Shown here: positions 10,724-20,025 of the stretch, piece after piece
Layout: each line of letters opens with the position of its first letter
Numbering within the stretch: the stretch's first letter is position 1
NCBI GenBank assembly: GCA_963782585.1
Contig: CAWAKL010000006.1
Coordinates: 15,982-79,981 of the forward strand
Length of the DNA stretch: 64,000 nucleotides
Direction of reading: 5' to 3'
Source: an uncultured Acidobacteriota bacterium
GTDB taxonomy: Bacteria; Acidobacteriota; Thermoanaerobaculia; UBA5066; Gp7-AA6
Notes under the pieces: generated by a model
The model's input: the letters and a program-made list of their open reading frames with translations, nothing else
The model's database searches: none
Told to the model about the DNA's origin: nothing
Position numbers and translations under genes: made by a program

Positions 10724-11835
10724 GCGCGAATCCGTTGAAGCGGCTGGGAGAGCTCGGCCAGAGCGTCTGGTACGACTACATCCGCCGGGATCTCTACACC
10801 GGGCCGAACCTCCAGAAGCTCATCTCGGAGGACGGTCTGAAGGGCATGACGTCGAACCCGACGATCTTCCAGAACGCGATCGCCAAGAGCGAACTCTACG
10901 ACGACGACATCCGCAAGGCCGCGGGGAAGGATCCGGCCGCCATCTTCGAGCAGCTCGCGGTCACCGACGTCCGGGCGGCGGCCGACCAGTTCCGCCCCGT
11001 CTTCGACGCCGCGGACGGGGGAGACGGCTTCGTCTCGATCGAGGTCCAGCCGAAGCTGGCCCGGAACACTCAGGGGACGATCGCCGAGGCGCGCCGCCTC
11101 TGGAAGGAGTGCGGCCGGGCGAACGTGATGGTCAAGATTCCGGGTACGGCGGAGGGGATCCCGGCGATCCGGCAGTGCCTCTCCGAAGGGATCAACATCA
11201 ACATCACGCTGCTCTTCGGCGTCCCGCGGTACCGCGAGGTCATGGACGCCTACCTGTCGGCGCTGGAGGACCGCGTGGCGAAGGGCGAGCCGATCGGCCG
11301 ACTCCGTTCGGTCGCGAGCTTCTTCGTCTCCCGGGTGGACACCAACGTGGACGCGAAGCTCGACGCGCTGACCGCGGCCGGCAAGACCGGGGCGAAGGCT
11401 GTACGCGCGAAGCTGGCGATCGCGAACGCCCGGGTGGCCTACGAGGCCTTCGAGGAGGTCTTCGGCGGCGCCCGGTTCACCGCTCTGAAGGAGAAGGGGG
11501 CCCGCGTCCAGCGTCCCCTCTGGGCGTCGACGTCCACGAAGGACAAGACGCTCCCCGACCTCTACTACGTCGAGGCGCTCATCGCTCCGGACTCGGTCGA
11601 CACCGTTCCGCCGGAGACGTTCGAGGCCTATCGGGATCACGGGGATCCGAAGGTCCGGATTCACGACGATCTCGCCGGCGCGCATGCGGCCTTCGCAGCA
11701 CTGCCGGGGCTCGGGATCGACTTCAATACCGTGACCCGGGAGCTCGAGGACGAAGGCGTGAAGAAGTTCTCCGACTCCTACGACAGCCTGCTGCAGGCGA
11801 TCACGGCCAAGGAGAAGGCCATGAGGGTCGCCTGA
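10720..11835 (+). CDS. tal: Transaldolase
   Basis: [35 protein letters not shown] and LWASTSTK motifs; ATGA overlap with tkt. Confidence 0.96.
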   Translation: MSANPLKRLGELGQSVWYDYIRRDLYTGPNLQKLISEDGLKGMTSNPTIFQNAIAKSELYDDDIRKAAGKDPAAIFEQLAVTDVRAAADQFRPVFDAADGGDGFVSIEVQPKLARNTQGTIAEARRLWKECGRANVMVKIPGTAEGIPAIRQCLSEGININITLLFGVPRYREVMDAYLSALEDRVAKGEPIGRLRSVASFFVSRVDTNVDAKLDALTAAGKTGAKAVRAKLAIANARVAYEAFEEVFGGARFTALKEKGARVQRPLWASTSTKDKTLPDLYYVEALIAPDSVDTVPPETFEAYRDHGDPKVRIHDDLAGAHAAFAALPGLGIDFNTVTRELEDEGVKKFSDSYDSLLQAITAKEKAMRVA

Positions 11836-13355
11836 GCGGATCGACCGACTCCGTTCTCGTCTCGGTGCGCCGGACAGAGGACGAGATCCGGCCGCCCTGC
11901 ACGCTCGTCATCTTCGGCGCCTCGGGCGATCTGACGCATCGGCTCCTCGCGCCCGCGATCGCGCATCTGAACCGGGACGGCGCCATCTCCTCGGACTTCG
12001 CGATCATCGGCATCGGCCGGACGGAGTACTCCGACGAGGACTTCTGCCGCCGGCTCGAGGACGGCGCGAAAGAATTCACACCGCCGACTCAGGGGCGGCC
12101 GGGCGACATGCCGGCGGTCGTGCAGTACATCCCGGGAGCGTTCGGCGACCCGGCGCTCTACCGCCGGCTGCGAGAGGCTCTCGAATCGATCGAGGGTCGG
12201 CGCGGCGGGCCGCGCAACCGCATCTTCTACTTCGCGACGCCGCCGGACGCCGACGAGCCGATCGTCGAGGCCCTCGGCGAGCACGGGCTCGCGCGGGTCG
12301 AGGACGGCTGGGTGCGGGCGGTCGTCGAGAAGCCCTTCGGCCACGATCTCGCGTCCTGCCGCCACCTGAACGAGATCCTGCTCGGCGCGTTTCGCGAGAA
12401 GCAGATCTACCGGATCGACCACTACCTCGGGAAGGAGACGGTCCAGAACATCTTCGTCCTGCGTTTCGCGAACGGGATCTTCGAGCCGCTCTGGAACCAC
12501 CGCTACATCGACCACGTCCAGATCTCCGTGGCCGAGTCGGTGGGGGTCGGCCACCGCGCCGGCTTCTACGAGAGCGCCGGCGTCCTGCGGGACATGTTCC
12601 AGAACCACCTCATGCAGCTTCTGACGCTGACGGCCATGGAGCCGCCCGCGGCCTACGAGGCCGACGCGATCCGTGCCGAGAAGGTCAAGGTCCTCGAGTC
12701 CATCCGCCCCTTCCCGGAAAAGGAGATCGACGACTGGGCCGTCCGCGGCCAGTACGGGCCGGGCGTCGTCAACGGCAAGCGCGTGCCGGGTTACCGGGAA
12801 GAGGCCAACATCGATCCGCACTCGAGGACGCCGACGTACGCGGCGCTGAAGATCGCGATCGACAACTGGCGTTGGGCCGGCGTGCCGTTCTACCTGCGCT
12901 CGGGCAAGCGGCTCGCAAAGCGCGTCACGGAAGTGGCCATCGAGTTCAAGGGCGTCCCGCACCGCTTCTTCCACAAGGCTTCGGGCGAGCTCCTGCCCAA
13001 CGTGCTGCGCCTCCACATCCAGCCGGACGAAGGGGTGTCGCTGAAGTTCGGCGTCAAGGTCCCGGGCTCCGTGCTCCAGATCCAGTCCGTCTACATGGAC
13101 TTCCCCTACGCGAAGCTCGGCGCCGCGATCGCCGGAGGCTACGAGCGGCTGCTTCTCGACGTGACGCACGGCGACCAGACTCTCTTCATCCGCGGCGACG
13201 AGGCCGAGCACGCGTGGGAGGTCCTGACCCCGGTCCTCGAGGCCTGGGAGCGCCTGCCGCCCGCGGAGTTCCCGAACTACGCCGCCGGGACGTTCGGCCC
13301 GGAGACCGCGGACAAGTTCCTCGAGAAGGACCTGAGGCGCTGGCGTACGCTGTAG
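11832..13355 (+). CDS. zwf: Glucose-6-phosphate 1-dehydrogenase
   Basis: IFGASGDL, EKPFG, RIDHYLGKE, RDMFQNHL and GVPFYLRSGK motifs. Start is either CTG 11832 (overlapping the tal stop) or GTG 11865. Confidence 0.95.
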   Translation: MSGSTDSVLVSVRRTEDEIRPPCTLVIFGASGDLTHRLLAPAIAHLNRDGAISSDFAIIGIGRTEYSDEDFCRRLEDGAKEFTPPTQGRPGDMPAVVQYIPGAFGDPALYRRLREALESIEGRRGGPRNRIFYFATPPDADEPIVEALGEHGLARVEDGWVRAVVEKPFGHDLASCRHLNEILLGAFREKQIYRIDHYLGKETVQNIFVLRFANGIFEPLWNHRYIDHVQISVAESVGVGHRAGFYESAGVLRDMFQNHLMQLLTLTAMEPPAAYEADAIRAEKVKVLESIRPFPEKEIDDWAVRGQYGPGVVNGKRVPGYREEANIDPHSRTPTYAALKIAIDNWRWAGVPFYLRSGKRLAKRVTEVAIEFKGVPHRFFHKASGELLPNVLRLHIQPDEGVSLKFGVKVPGSVLQIQSVYMDFPYAKLGAAIAGGYERLLLDVTHGDQTLFIRGDEAEHAWEVLTPVLEAWERLPPAEFPNYAAGTFGPETADKFLEKDLRRWRTL

Positions 13356-13362
13356 GTCCGTC

Positions 13363-14123
13363 TTGACTGCGTTTCGCGACTTTCCCTTCCCGCTGAACGT
13401 GCTGCTCACCGTTCTCGAGCGCGAGGAGGGGAGCGTGCAGTCCATGCACTACGGTCTCTTCGAGACGCCGGGAGAATCCATCCGAGCGGCCCAGGAGCGC
13501 TCCACGGCGCTGCTGTTCTCGCGCCTTCCGCCTCCCCCCGCGCGCCTGCTCGAAGTCGGGATCGGCCTCGGGACCACACTGGCCCGTCTGACGGACATGG
13601 GCTACGCGGCCGAGGGCATCACGCCCGACCCCGTCCAGGCCGCGGCGGCGCGGGAGCGATTCGGCGAGCGGATCCGCGTCCAGACGTCCCCGCTCGAGCA
13701 CTTCCAGACGACGCAGCGCTACGACGCCGTGGTCTTCCAGGAGTCGTCGCAGTACATCGAAAGCGGCGCGCTTTTCCGTTAAGGTCCGCGAGCTCGCCGC
13801 GCCCGGCGCGCGCGTCGTCGTTCTCGACGAGTTCGCGCTCGCGCCCGTCGAGACGCCCGGCGCGCTGCACCGGCGGGATCGATTCCTCGACGCGGCGGAC
13901 CGGGAGGGTTTTCGTCTCGAAGAGGAGCTCGACGTCTCGCAGCCAGGCCCTGCCGACGATCGGGTGGTTTCTCGAGCGCATCCCGCGCCACCGGGCGGAG
14001 ATCGAAGGGAGTCTCGGGGTGGCGGCCGATCAACTCGACGCTCTCCTCGCGAGCGGCCGCGAGTATCGGCACTTCTACGAAACCGGGGCTTACGGGTACC
14101 GGCTCCTGAGGTGTTCTCGCTAG
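13363..14123 (+). CDS. Class I SAM-dependent methyltransferase (frameshifts near 13780 and 13942)
   Basis: MHYGLF, LLEVGIGLG and YDAVVFQES; shifted frames continue as ARVVVLDEF and end ...GAYGYRLLRCSR* at TAG 14123. Confidence 0.8.
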
Positions 14124-16201
14124 GCTTCCTTCGCCTCGCCGCTCTTGCTCTTGGACTGCGCGATCACCTTTTCCTGGAGAGCGTGCGGAACCTCGGCGTA
14201 GTGCGAGAACTCGAGGTGGAAGGAACCGCGGCCCTGCGTGATCGAACGCAGCTGCGCGCCGTACGTCAGAAGCTCCGACATCGGCACCTGGGCCTTGATC
14301 ACGGTGTCGTCGTCCGGGGCGTCCATGCCCTCCACCTTGCCGCGCCGGGAGGAGAGGTCTCCCATGAGGTCGCCGACGTACTCGTTCGGCGCGGTGATCT
14401 CGACGTTCATCACCGGCTCGAGGAGCGTCGGCTTCGCGGCGGCCATGGCCTCCTTGTACGCGAGCGCCCCGGCCAGCTTGAACGCGAGCTCCGAAGAGTC
14501 GACGTCGTGGTACTGGCCGTCGTAGAGGATCACGCGGAAGTCCACCATCGGGTAGCCGGCGAGGAAGCCCTTCCGGCGGACTTCCTGGATGCCCTTCTCG
14601 ACGGCGGGGATGAAGTTGCGGGGGATCGAGCCGCCGTAGATGTCGTCGACGAACTCGAAGTCCTTTCCGCGGGGCAGGGGCTCGACGCGGATGCGGCAGT
14701 CGGCGAACTGGCCGTGGCCGCCGGTCTGCTTCTTATGGCGCCCGTGCGCCTCGGCCTTGCGCGTGATCGTCTCCCGGTAGGGGACCTTCGGCGGATGGAG
14801 GATGACTTCGACGCCGTAGCGCTTCTTGAGCCGGGCGACCGCGATCTCCACGTGGAGCTGCGAGGCCCCGGCGAGGTGGAACTCCTTCGTCTCGTCGTCG
14901 CGCTGAAAGTTGAGCGAGGGGTCTTCCTCGATGAGCTTGTGCAGGGCGGTGGAGATCTTGTCCTCGTCGCCCTTGGCCTTGGGCTCGATGGCGTAGGCGA
15001 TCGAGGCTTCGGGGACCGACAGCTTCGGCAGCACCACGGTGTTGTCTTTGGTGGTCAGCGTGTCGCCCGTCAGCGTCTCCTTGAGCTTCGCGACGGCGAC
15101 GATGTCGCCGGCCCGCGCCTCGGGAACGTTGACGTGCTCCTTGCCCTGCGGCAGGAAGAGGCCCGAGAAACGTTCATGGACGCCCTTGGTCGAGTTCCAG
15201 TAGTTGCCGTCGGACTGGAAGTGGCCCGCGAAGACGCGCAGGTACGAAATCCGTCCGGCGAAGGGGTCGGAGACGGTCTTGATGACCTGAGCCACCGCGT
15301 GGTCCTTCTCGTTGCAGAAGACCATGACGGGCTTGCCGTCCTTGCCCGTGCCCTCGACCTTGCGGCCCTCCGGAGAGGGGAGAAGCGCGACGCAGGCGTC
15401 GAGGATGCGGAGCGTCCCGATGCCGGAGGAGGACGCCGTGCAGAAGACGGGAAAGATCTTTCGCTCGACGATCTCGCGCTTGAGGCCGGGAAGGATGTCC
15501 TGCGGCTCGAGCGTGCCCTGGGCGAAGAACTTCTCCATGAGGTCGTCCTCGCCCTCGGCGACCGCCTCGACGAGGGCCTCGTGCTCGGCCTTCGCCCGCT
15601 CGGCGTGCTCCGCGGGGATGGGCCCGTCGGCCCGCTTGCCGCCCTCGTTCAGGTGGGCCTCCATCCGGACGAGATCGATGGTTCCCTTGAAGGCCTTCTC
15701 CTCGCCGACAGGGATCTGCAGTGAGACGACGCCGCGGCCGAACTTCTTCTGGAGCGCCTCCATGACCCGCTCGAAGGACGCGCGCTCCCGATCCATTCGA
15801 TTCACGACGAACATGACGGGGCGGCCGAACTCGGTGGCGAACTTCCAGACGCGCTCGGTCTGGACTTCGACGCCGGAGACGGCGTCGAGCACGATGATCG
15901 CGGAGTCGGCGGCGTAGACGGCGGAGCGCGCCTCGGGGGCGAAGATGCCGTAGCCCGGGGCGTCCAGGAAGTTGATCCGGGTGTCGCGGTGCATCGCGTG
16001 GACGGCCGCGAGATTGATGGAGATCTTCCGATCGATCTCTTCGCCGTCGAAGTCGGTCGGACAGGTGCCGTCCTCGATCTTGCCGGGACGCGTGATGGCG
16101 CCGGCGGCGTAGAGGAGAGCGGCGACCAGCGTCGTCTTGCCCACGGTGTTGTGCCCGACCACGGCGACGTTGCGGATGTTGGGGGCGGAAAGTGGGTTCA
16201 T
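14120..16201 (-). CDS. fusA: Elongation factor G-like protein (EF-G II type)
   Basis: 693 aa; GHNTVGKT, DAPG, NRMD, VPYRETI, KKQTGGHGQF, HDVDSSE and LRSITQGRG. The divergent G-motifs indicate a secondary paralog. Confidence 0.92.
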   Translation of the reverse strand: MNPLSAPNIRNVAVVGHNTVGKTTLVAALLYAAGAITRPGKIEDGTCPTDFDGEEIDRKISINLAAVHAMHRDTRINFLDAPGYGIFAPEARSAVYAADSAIIVLDAVSGVEVQTERVWKFATEFGRPVMFVVNRMDRERASFERVMEALQKKFGRGVVSLQIPVGEEKAFKGTIDLVRMEAHLNEGGKRADGPIPAEHAERAKAEHEALVEAVAEGEDDLMEKFFAQGTLEPQDILPGLKREIVERKIFPVFCTASSSGIGTLRILDACVALLPSPEGRKVEGTGKDGKPVMVFCNEKDHAVAQVIKTVSDPFAGRISYLRVFAGHFQSDGNYWNSTKGVHERFSGLFLPQGKEHVNVPEARAGDIVAVAKLKETLTGDTLTTKDNTVVLPKLSVPEASIAYAIEPKAKGDEDKISTALHKLIEEDPSLNFQRDDETKEFHLAGASQLHVEIAVARLKKRYGVEVILHPPKVPYRETITRKAEAHGRHKKQTGGHGQFADCRIRVEPLPRGKDFEFVDDIYGGSIPRNFIPAVEKGIQEVRRKGFLAGYPMVDFRVILYDGQYHDVDSSELAFKLAGALAYKEAMAAAKPTLLEPVMNVEITAPNEYVGDLMGDLSSRRGKVEGMDAPDDDTVIKAQVPMSELLTYGAQLRSITQGRGSFHLEFSHYAEVPHALQEKVIAQSKSKSGEAKEA

Positions 16202-16210
16202 GACGCCGGA

Positions 16211-16363
16211 TTATATTGAAGGGCCGCCGCAGGCCCGGCTGAAAACGACCCACAAAAAGACGGCCGCCGCGGCGAACACGACGGCCGCCAGAAGGAGGGC
16301 CGCCGAGACCGCCTTGCCGCTCGAGAGTCGCCCCTCGGGGTCCCGGGCCTCGGGGTCCGTCAT
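16211..16363 (-). CDS. Putative 50-aa single-TM protein
   Basis: MTDPEARDPEGRLSSGKAVSAALLLAAVVFAAAAVFLWVVFSRACGGPSI; one hydrophobic helix; fills the gap upstream of EF-G II. Confidence 0.45.
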   Translation of the reverse strand: MTDPEARDPEGRLSSGKAVSAALLLAAVVFAAAAVFLWVVFSRACGGPSI

Positions 16364-16397
16364 GCCGATCCGGTTTGCGGCGACAATGGAAGCAGCC

Positions 16398-16550
16398 ATG
16401 ACCGCGCTCTCGTGCGTCGCGCTCGGCGTCGCCTTCCTCGTCGCCGTGGCGCTGCTCGTCTTCGCCGGCGTTCTGATCGGCTGGGTCATCCCGGCGATCC
16501 TCGAACGGGCGCGGGAAGCGCGAGACGCCCCTCCTCCGAATAGAGATTGA
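16398..16550 (+). CDS. Putative 50-aa single-TM protein
   Basis: MTALSCVALGVAFLVAVALLVFAGVLIGWVIPAILER...; strongly hydrophobic; overlaps the fdhD 3' end. Confidence 0.4.
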   Translation: MTALSCVALGVAFLVAVALLVFAGVLIGWVIPAILERAREARDAPPPNRD

Positions 16551-17325
16551 AGCCGCCGTCGCGCAGAAAGCCGATGAGCGCCACGCGCGACTCGCGCGCG
16601 AGGTCGATGGCGAGCGACGACGGCGCCGAGACGGCCGCGACGATCGGGATTCCGGCGGCCACGGCCTTCTGAACGATCTCGAAAGAGACGCGGCCGGAAA
16701 CGAGGAGGACGGCTCGCGAGAGGGGCACGCGGCCCTGGCGAAAGAGGTGCCCGATGACCTTGTCGACGGCGTTGTGGCGCCCGACGTCCTCGCGGGAGGC
16801 GAGGAGCGATCCGTCGAGGTCGAAGACCCCGGCGCCGTGGAGGCCTCCGGTCTGGGCGAACGTGGCCTGGGCGCCGCGGAGCTTCTCGGGCAGCCCGCCG
16901 AGGACTTCGGCCGAAACCCGGGCGTCCGACTCGACCGGCGGAAACTCTCCGCGGACCGACTCGATCGAGCCCTTGCCGCAGAGCCCGCACGAGGAGCTCG
17001 TCACGAGAATCCGGCGCGCCCGATCCAGCGCGTCCCCGGAGGCCGACGTGGCCCGGACGATGACGACGTTGCCTTCTTCCTCGGGCGAGCGGACCGCGCG
17101 GCAGTGCTCGAGCCGGACGATCTCCTCGGGGTGGCGGACGATGCCCTCGGCCAGAAGCCAGCCCGCGGCGAGATCGAAATCGTGGCCGGGCGTCCGCATC
17201 GTGACGGCGAGCGTCTGCGCTCCCACCCGGATCTCGAGAGGCTCCTCGACCGTGACGCGGTCCTCGCGAGCCTCGGCGGCGCCGTCCCGGTATCGCACCA
17301 CGCGCTCGTCGCGGACAGGGTCCAT
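16486..17325 (-). CDS. fdhD: Formate dehydrogenase accessory sulfurtransferase
   Basis: VEEPLEI, TMRTPGHD, SSCGLCGK, TGGLH, EDVGRHNAVDK, SGRVSFE and VSAPSSLA motifs. Confidence 0.95.
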   Translation of the reverse strand: MDPVRDERVVRYRDGAAEAREDRVTVEEPLEIRVGAQTLAVTMRTPGHDFDLAAGWLLAEGIVRHPEEIVRLEHCRAVRSPEEEGNVVIVRATSASGDALDRARRILVTSSSCGLCGKGSIESVRGEFPPVESDARVSAEVLGGLPEKLRGAQATFAQTGGLHGAGVFDLDGSLLASREDVGRHNAVDKVIGHLFRQGRVPLSRAVLLVSGRVSFEIVQKAVAAGIPIVAAVSAPSSLAIDLARESRVALIGFLRDGGFNLYSEEGRLALPAPVRGSPG

Positions 17326-17493
17326 TCCGGGAGAATATGCTCGGAAAGACCGCCCGGCGCCGCGGTCCGCCGTCCGGCCGACCCAGATCGGCGCGCGGGG
17401 GGAGGGCCAACCTGCTAGAATTTCGGCGGTCCGGCGTCCACTTGCAAACCGCGGGTCGTCCGCCGGGCGGGGAGGGACTCGTTCCGAGAGCCT

Positions 17494-19698
17494 ATGGCGG
17501 ATAAGGTAGCGGGAGCGCGCGTGGGCCGGCTCGGCCGCTACGAAGTACTGAACGAGCTCGGCAAGGGGGCGATGGGGATCGTCTACCTCGCCAAGGACCC
17601 CGTCATCGGCCGCCTCGTGGCCATCAAGACGATCAAGAACTCCCAGTCCGGCGAAGACGACTCGGAATCCCGGGAGTTCCGCGAGCGCTTCGTGCGCGAG
17701 GCCCAGACCGCCGGCATCCTCTCCCATCCGAACATCGTCACGATCCACGACATCGGGGAGGACGTCGACAGCCGCGCGTCCTTCATCGCGATGGAGTACA
17801 TCGAGGGACGGAACCTCAAGTCCCTCCTCACCGACAAGAACAAGTTCACCTGGGACGAGATCGCGGACCTGATCGGCCAGATCGGCGAGGCCCTCGACTA
17901 CGCCCACCGCAAAGGCATCATCCACCGGGACATCAAGCCCGCGAACATCATCCTGACGACCGACTCCAAGGTGAAGATCACCGACTTCGGGATCGCGAAG
18001 GTCGCCTCCTCGAACCTGACGACCACGGGGCAGTTCCTCGGCACACCCAACTACATGTCTCCCGAGCAGGTCTCGGGCGCTCCGGTGGACGGGCGCAGCG
18101 ACATCTTCTCGCTCGGCGTCGTGCTCTACGAGCTTCTGACGGGCCGCAAGCCCTTCCAGGGCGACAACCTGACGGCGATCTCCTACAAGATCGTGCACGA
18201 GGACTTCACTCCGCCGGCCGAGCTCTCCTCCGACGTTCCGCCGGAGTTCAATCCCATCGTTGCGCGTGCGATGGCCAAGGATCCCTGGAACCGCTACCAG
18301 CGCGGCAAGGACCTCGCGCTCGCGCTCTATCAGCTCAAGGCGCACATGGAGGAGCAGAAGGCCCTCCAGGACCTCGGCACGATGGTCTCCGCCGCGGAGA
18401 ACCTGCCGACGCTCAAGCTCGCGAACCTCCAGGAGATCGCGGCCCAGGGAGCGCCCGTGCGCGACACGACCGTGACGCCCGCGGCCGGAATGACCGCGGT
18501 GACCCCGCCACCTGTGTCGTTCACGCCTCCGCCTCCGCCTCCCACGATCCCGACGCCGCACCCCGCCGCCGCGCCCTGGCCGTCGGAGCACGACGGCCAC
18601 GACCCGGAGCTGACGGCGGCCGTCTCGGACTTCGCTCCGCCGCAGGACATTCCGACCTCCGGCTCGTTCGAGAACGAGGAGCAGCTCCCGCCGCTTCCGC
18701 CGCAGATCGCGCCTCCGCCGCCGGCAGGCGCCGCCGCTCTGGGGCCGCAGGAGTGGAAGAAGCTCGCGAAGGCGGAAGTCAATCCCAAGTGGTTCTGGCG
18801 CGTCGTCGTGGGCGTCGGCGCGTTCGCGATCGTCCTCATCGGGCTCTTCGCGCTCTTCGCGCGTTCGGCCGCGAAGCCCTCGGTGACACCGGACGCCGCG
18901 CTCGAGCAGGAAGTCCGCGAGACCCGGCAGGCGCTCGGGGAGGGGCAGAAGCTCTTCGGGGAAGGCAAGTACGTTGAGAGCCTCGCGAAGTTCCGCCAGG
19001 TCCTGACGCGCAGCCCCAACAACCAGGAAGCCCGCAAGTACGCGCAGATGGCCGAGAACGCCGTCAAGAGCCAGCAGGAGGAGCAGGCGCGGCTCGTGCA
19101 GGTCGCCGGCATCGCCACGGAGGCGCGGACCGCTCTGACCGAGGGCCGCGTCGACGACGCCAAGTTGAAGGCGGAAGAGGCCCTCGCCCTCGACGCGACC
19201 AACACGGAGGCCCAGGCCGTCCTCAGCGAGGCCGACGCCAAGATCGCCGAAGGCAAGGTGGCCGCCGAGGCCGCGGCTCGAAAGAAGAGCGTGCGGCCCA
19301 CACAGGTCGCGAGACGGAGGGATGCGGCACCGACGCCGGCCGCCTCTTCCCGAGTCGCCGCCTCCGCTCCGGTCCAGGGCCCCGCGCCGGCGCCCGTTTC
19401 GGGAAACGCCAGCGTACGGCTCGTCTTCGATTCTCCGATCAACGAAGGCCACATCATGGTCGCGGTCAACGACCAGATCCTTCTCCGCCGGCCCTTCTCC
19501 TTCAAGAAGTCCGAGAGCCACAGCGTTCTCGGCAGCTTCACCGTCCCCTCCGGCGCCTCGACCATCAAGGCCTGGCTCTCGGGCCCGGGGCTTCCGGCCG
19601 CCGTGTTCGCGCAGACGACCGCGCAGATCGGCGGGGGAGAGACGCGGACGCTGCGGCTGGACTACTCGTCCGGGAAGCTCGGCCTCCAGCTCCAGTAA
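17494..19698 (+). CDS. Hanks-type Ser/Thr protein kinase with Pro-rich linker, TM helix and TPR-like C-terminal region
   Basis: LGKGAMG, VAIK, HRDIKPAN, DFG and GTPNYMSPE motifs; TM segment WFWRVVVGVGAFAIVLIGLFALF. Confidence 0.93.
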   Translation: MADKVAGARVGRLGRYEVLNELGKGAMGIVYLAKDPVIGRLVAIKTIKNSQSGEDDSESREFRERFVREAQTAGILSHPNIVTIHDIGEDVDSRASFIAMEYIEGRNLKSLLTDKNKFTWDEIADLIGQIGEALDYAHRKGIIHRDIKPANIILTTDSKVKITDFGIAKVASSNLTTTGQFLGTPNYMSPEQVSGAPVDGRSDIFSLGVVLYELLTGRKPFQGDNLTAISYKIVHEDFTPPAELSSDVPPEFNPIVARAMAKDPWNRYQRGKDLALALYQLKAHMEEQKALQDLGTMVSAAENLPTLKLANLQEIAAQGAPVRDTTVTPAAGMTAVTPPPVSFTPPPPPPTIPTPHPAAAPWPSEHDGHDPELTAAVSDFAPPQDIPTSGSFENEEQLPPLPPQIAPPPPAGAAALGPQEWKKLAKAEVNPKWFWRVVVGVGAFAIVLIGLFALFARSAAKPSVTPDAALEQEVRETRQALGEGQKLFGEGKYVESLAKFRQVLTRSPNNQEARKYAQMAENAVKSQQEEQARLVQVAGIATEARTALTEGRVDDAKLKAEEALALDATNTEAQAVLSEADAKIAEGKVAAEAAARKKSVRPTQVARRRDAAPTPAASSRVAASAPVQGPAPAPVSGNASVRLVFDSPINEGHIMVAVNDQILLRRPFSFKKSESHSVLGSFTVPSGASTIKAWLSGPGLPAAVFAQTTAQIGGGETRTLRLDYSSGKLGLQLQ

Positions 19699-19720
19699 GG
19701 CGCCCGTCCGGGGCGGCCCT

Positions 19721-19749
19721 TTGCCAAACGCCCCGGAATCGCGTATAAA
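19721..19749 (+). promoter_or_regulatory. Sigma70-type promoter of tRNA-Pro
   Basis: TTGCCA-N17-TATAAA, 11 nt upstream of the tRNA. Confidence 0.7.
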
Positions 19750-19760
19750 GCCCAACTCCC

Positions 19761-19835
19761 CGGGGCGTAGCGCAGCCTGGTAGCGCACTCGGTTCGGGAC
19801 CGAGTGGTCGGAGGTTCAAATCCTCTCGCCGACCA
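19761..19835 (+). tRNA. tRNA-Pro (CGG); 3' acceptor strand 2 nt short
   Basis: CGGGGCG..., anticodon arm CTCGG-TTCGGGA-CCGAG, T-arm GGAGG-TTCAAAT-CCTCT. Ends CGCCGACCA where CGCCCCGACCA is expected. Confidence 0.92.
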
Positions 19836-20025
19836 ATCCTCTCAATCACTTGCGAGAGGATCCTTCGCCGATCCTGACCGAGTACGCTAGACTGTTCTCT
19901 TTGTCGGACGCCAGTCGTCGGCCAGGCGCGGGTTCGTGACGTCCAACTCCGGCGCTCGTGTAACTTCCGGCCGGCGACTACGGCGCGTGAGCGGAACGCC
20001 GTCGGCTCGAGATCGGAGAAACGAC

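Noticed and set aside
14120-16201. Possible ribosomal-protection (TetM-like) gene
   Set aside because: Length and motifs fit an EF-G II paralog; no resistance or mobility context.
18500-18730. CCGCCT-type tandem repeats
   Set aside because: They encode the kinase's proline-rich linker.
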